A program made the translations under genes and the position numbers. From Amoebidium appalachense (lineage: Eukaryota > Protista > Ichthyosporea), in contig CAVNZM010000007.1 in the NCBI GenBank assembly GCA_963693365.1, positions 2,465,979-2,529,978 of the forward strand: DNA of 64,000 nucleotides, given 5' to 3'. Of this stretch, positions 61,931-64,000 are shown in pieces. Position 1 is the first letter of the stretch. Every line of letters begins with the position of its first letter. The notes beneath the pieces were generated by a model. It was not told the origin of the DNA. It saw nothing but the letters and a program-made list of their open reading frames with translations, and did no database searches.

Positions 61931-62605
61931 TCAGGGTGAGGGTGGTCGACTATTATGAGCCTGGTACAGAGTATAACGGCGAAAAGGAGGTTTATTTCCT
62001 CTGTGAAAACAACACAGGCGATCGGGTGGGTGGATTCTGATTCCCCTCCCCCCCCCCCCTCTCTGCGACACACCCCTGTTTCTCATTCTCTCTCTACATC
62101 CGTGCCTGTTACTACAGTTTTTTTGGTTACGTTTTCTTCAGCACACAACTCTTAGCTGCATGCTTACCACAATTGCACGCTATAGTATAACACGAAGTCA
62201 ACCAACTCGAGTCGGTCACCATTACCTTTTCCCCTCCCTCCCTCCCTCCCTCCCACGGGCACTCCTCTGCTCCATCATCGGTTCACTTGGAAAATGCTGA
62301 TCGATAAGCTGCATACGTTTGCCTGTGAGACATGTACAAGATTTAAGGAGAAAGATGCTTTCGTAAGGTTTTCTTTCTTCCCCCCCCCCCCCCCCCCCCC
62401 CCCCAATACCAACACACACACAGCCTCAAACAGCCCTCCCCGTCCCCCATTGAACACATAGAAGAAAAGGAAAGGAGGGAGGGGGAGAGGAGGGAGGGGA
62501 AAGGTATGTTAGCGGACAGCTGCGTTTGTATGTGTAACGGGAGAGTGAGCCTTATGATAGTGAGTAAATGAAAAAGGTTGATCTCTCATTGCATGGGGGT
62601 TTCAG

Positions 62606-63154
62606 GTCTGGTGGACCCGTGTTGGGGACAAAAAGAAAAACAGCCCAACTGACGTCATCCCGCTCCCTGCCTTCGCAACAATTGAAGAAGAGTTGCCAAC
62701 GAAAAGGTGGGGGGCCCTGCGAACGGCGTTCGGCAACCAACTAATCACCAAACTGGAAAACAGGGTGCAACTGTACAAAAAGAATGGGGCAGAGAAAGAG
62801 TATGGCCCCCCCGTTGTGCTCCTGCGCATAGAGTCATTTATTGATTTCTTGTGCCTGCTGTCTATAGTGGGGTACTTTGATTACACTGAAATGTGGATGA
62901 ACGAGTGCATTACCTGGAATGCTATCACTGTTCGGGTAGAGATGGATACAGACGATTTGCTGGCAAAGCTCCCTCCTCAGTATCTGTATTATAAGCACGC
63001 AACCAATGTTTTCACTGAGGTTCAGGAGGGGAAAAAGTTCAGCTTGTTTTTTTACCAAAAGGCAGTTGTTTCGTTTGACCACTCTGCTTGCAAGCACGAC
63101 GAGCCTGGTGCTCGTGAAACATATGTGGATGAAACGGGTCGATTACGGTTATAA
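62606..63154 (+). CDS. Hypothetical protein terminal exon (about 182 aa), function unknown
   Basis: TTCAG acceptor at 62605, then an open frame VWWTRVGDKKKNSPTDVIPLPAFATIEEELPTKRWG...ETGRLRL* in non-repetitive DNA. No family recognised. Confidence 0.45.
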   Translation, partial: VWWTRVGDKKKNSPTDVIPLPAFATIEEELPTKRWGALRTAFGNQLITKLENRVQLYKKNGAEKEYGPPVVLLRIESFIDFLCLLSIVGYFDYTEMWMNECITWNAITVRVEMDTDDLLAKLPPQYLYYKHATNVFTEVQEGKKFSLFFYQKAVVSFDHSACKHDEPGARETYVDETGRLRL

Positions 63155-63761
63155 AGACCGTACAACGACATCATGCAAAGGCAAGACGAAGCCGGACTTC
63201 TCTGTCTTGTGCCTGACATCCAGTGTAACAGTTCCCTACAAGCGAGTTGTTCTTAAGTAAACTATATAAATACCGACCGCAGTCCAGGCTCATCGAGGTT
63301 GTGTCCCTTGTCCCTCATCCATCTCTCTCTCTCTCCCCCCCCCTCCCCCCCCCCCCCCTCCCCTCCCCCCCCCCCCCCCCCTTTCCTTGTCGGAGTCCCC
63401 CTTACGTGCATAATCATGCGCTAGGACGGACACATGCCCAGGAGCACATCAACATCATGGCACACACATGCACACATGACACCTCCACGTAGCACACACA
63501 GACACACGCACGACCCCTCACTCATATCATGCTCACACTGGAGAACTCTACATCTATACGGAAGTGATTATGTTCAAGTATCTAAGATTATCACAACGGA
63601 CGTGCTCACACACACGAACACACACACACACACGCATGGGCACAACAAAAAGCACACACCCACATGCACAGACACACACACACACACACTGTACACACAC
63701 ACACGTGACACACACACACACGCACACACACACACACACACACCGGCACACACACACACGT

Positions 63762-63811
<50 letters not shown>

Positions 63812-63879
63812 GGGCACACAAACACACACACACACACACACACACACCGTCCATCACCACACATACCGCCAGCGCACGG

Positions 63880-63922
<43 letters not shown>

Positions 63923-64000
63923 GTCACACACACACACACACACACACACACCATACTGTCACACACACACTGCCGCAGTACACACATACACGTACACCAA

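Overview
Intron-rich eukaryotic genomic DNA, opisthokont-like; the host cannot be fixed from this window. It is saturated with (C)n/(G)n, (CA)n and (GA)n tracts, so almost all ORFs in the six-frame track are low-complexity artefacts. Manual splicing recovers seven genes: the 3' part of a lipoate-protein ligase (LplA/LIPT1), an 8-exon diacylglycerol kinase epsilon, an intronless secreted-precursor-like ORF, a class-V PLP/cysteine-desulfurase-like gene with two homopolymer frameshifts, a 9-exon minus-strand MAJIN homologue, and NDUFA3 head-to-head with SRRM1. There is also an unknown ORF pair near 61-63 kb. Main highlights: (1) the MAJIN-like meiotic telomere-anchor gene, absent from the ORF track; (2) at least two families of 5'-truncated retroelement copies with a fixed 3' end, inserted in poly-C tracts, one carrying a covarying RNA structure and a Penelope-like RT C-terminus; (3) three tandem Sm-site RNA units with SL-RNA-like architecture; (4) a 31-bp TIR-only element with an 8-bp TSD. 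All homology calls are from remembered family motifs; no search was run.
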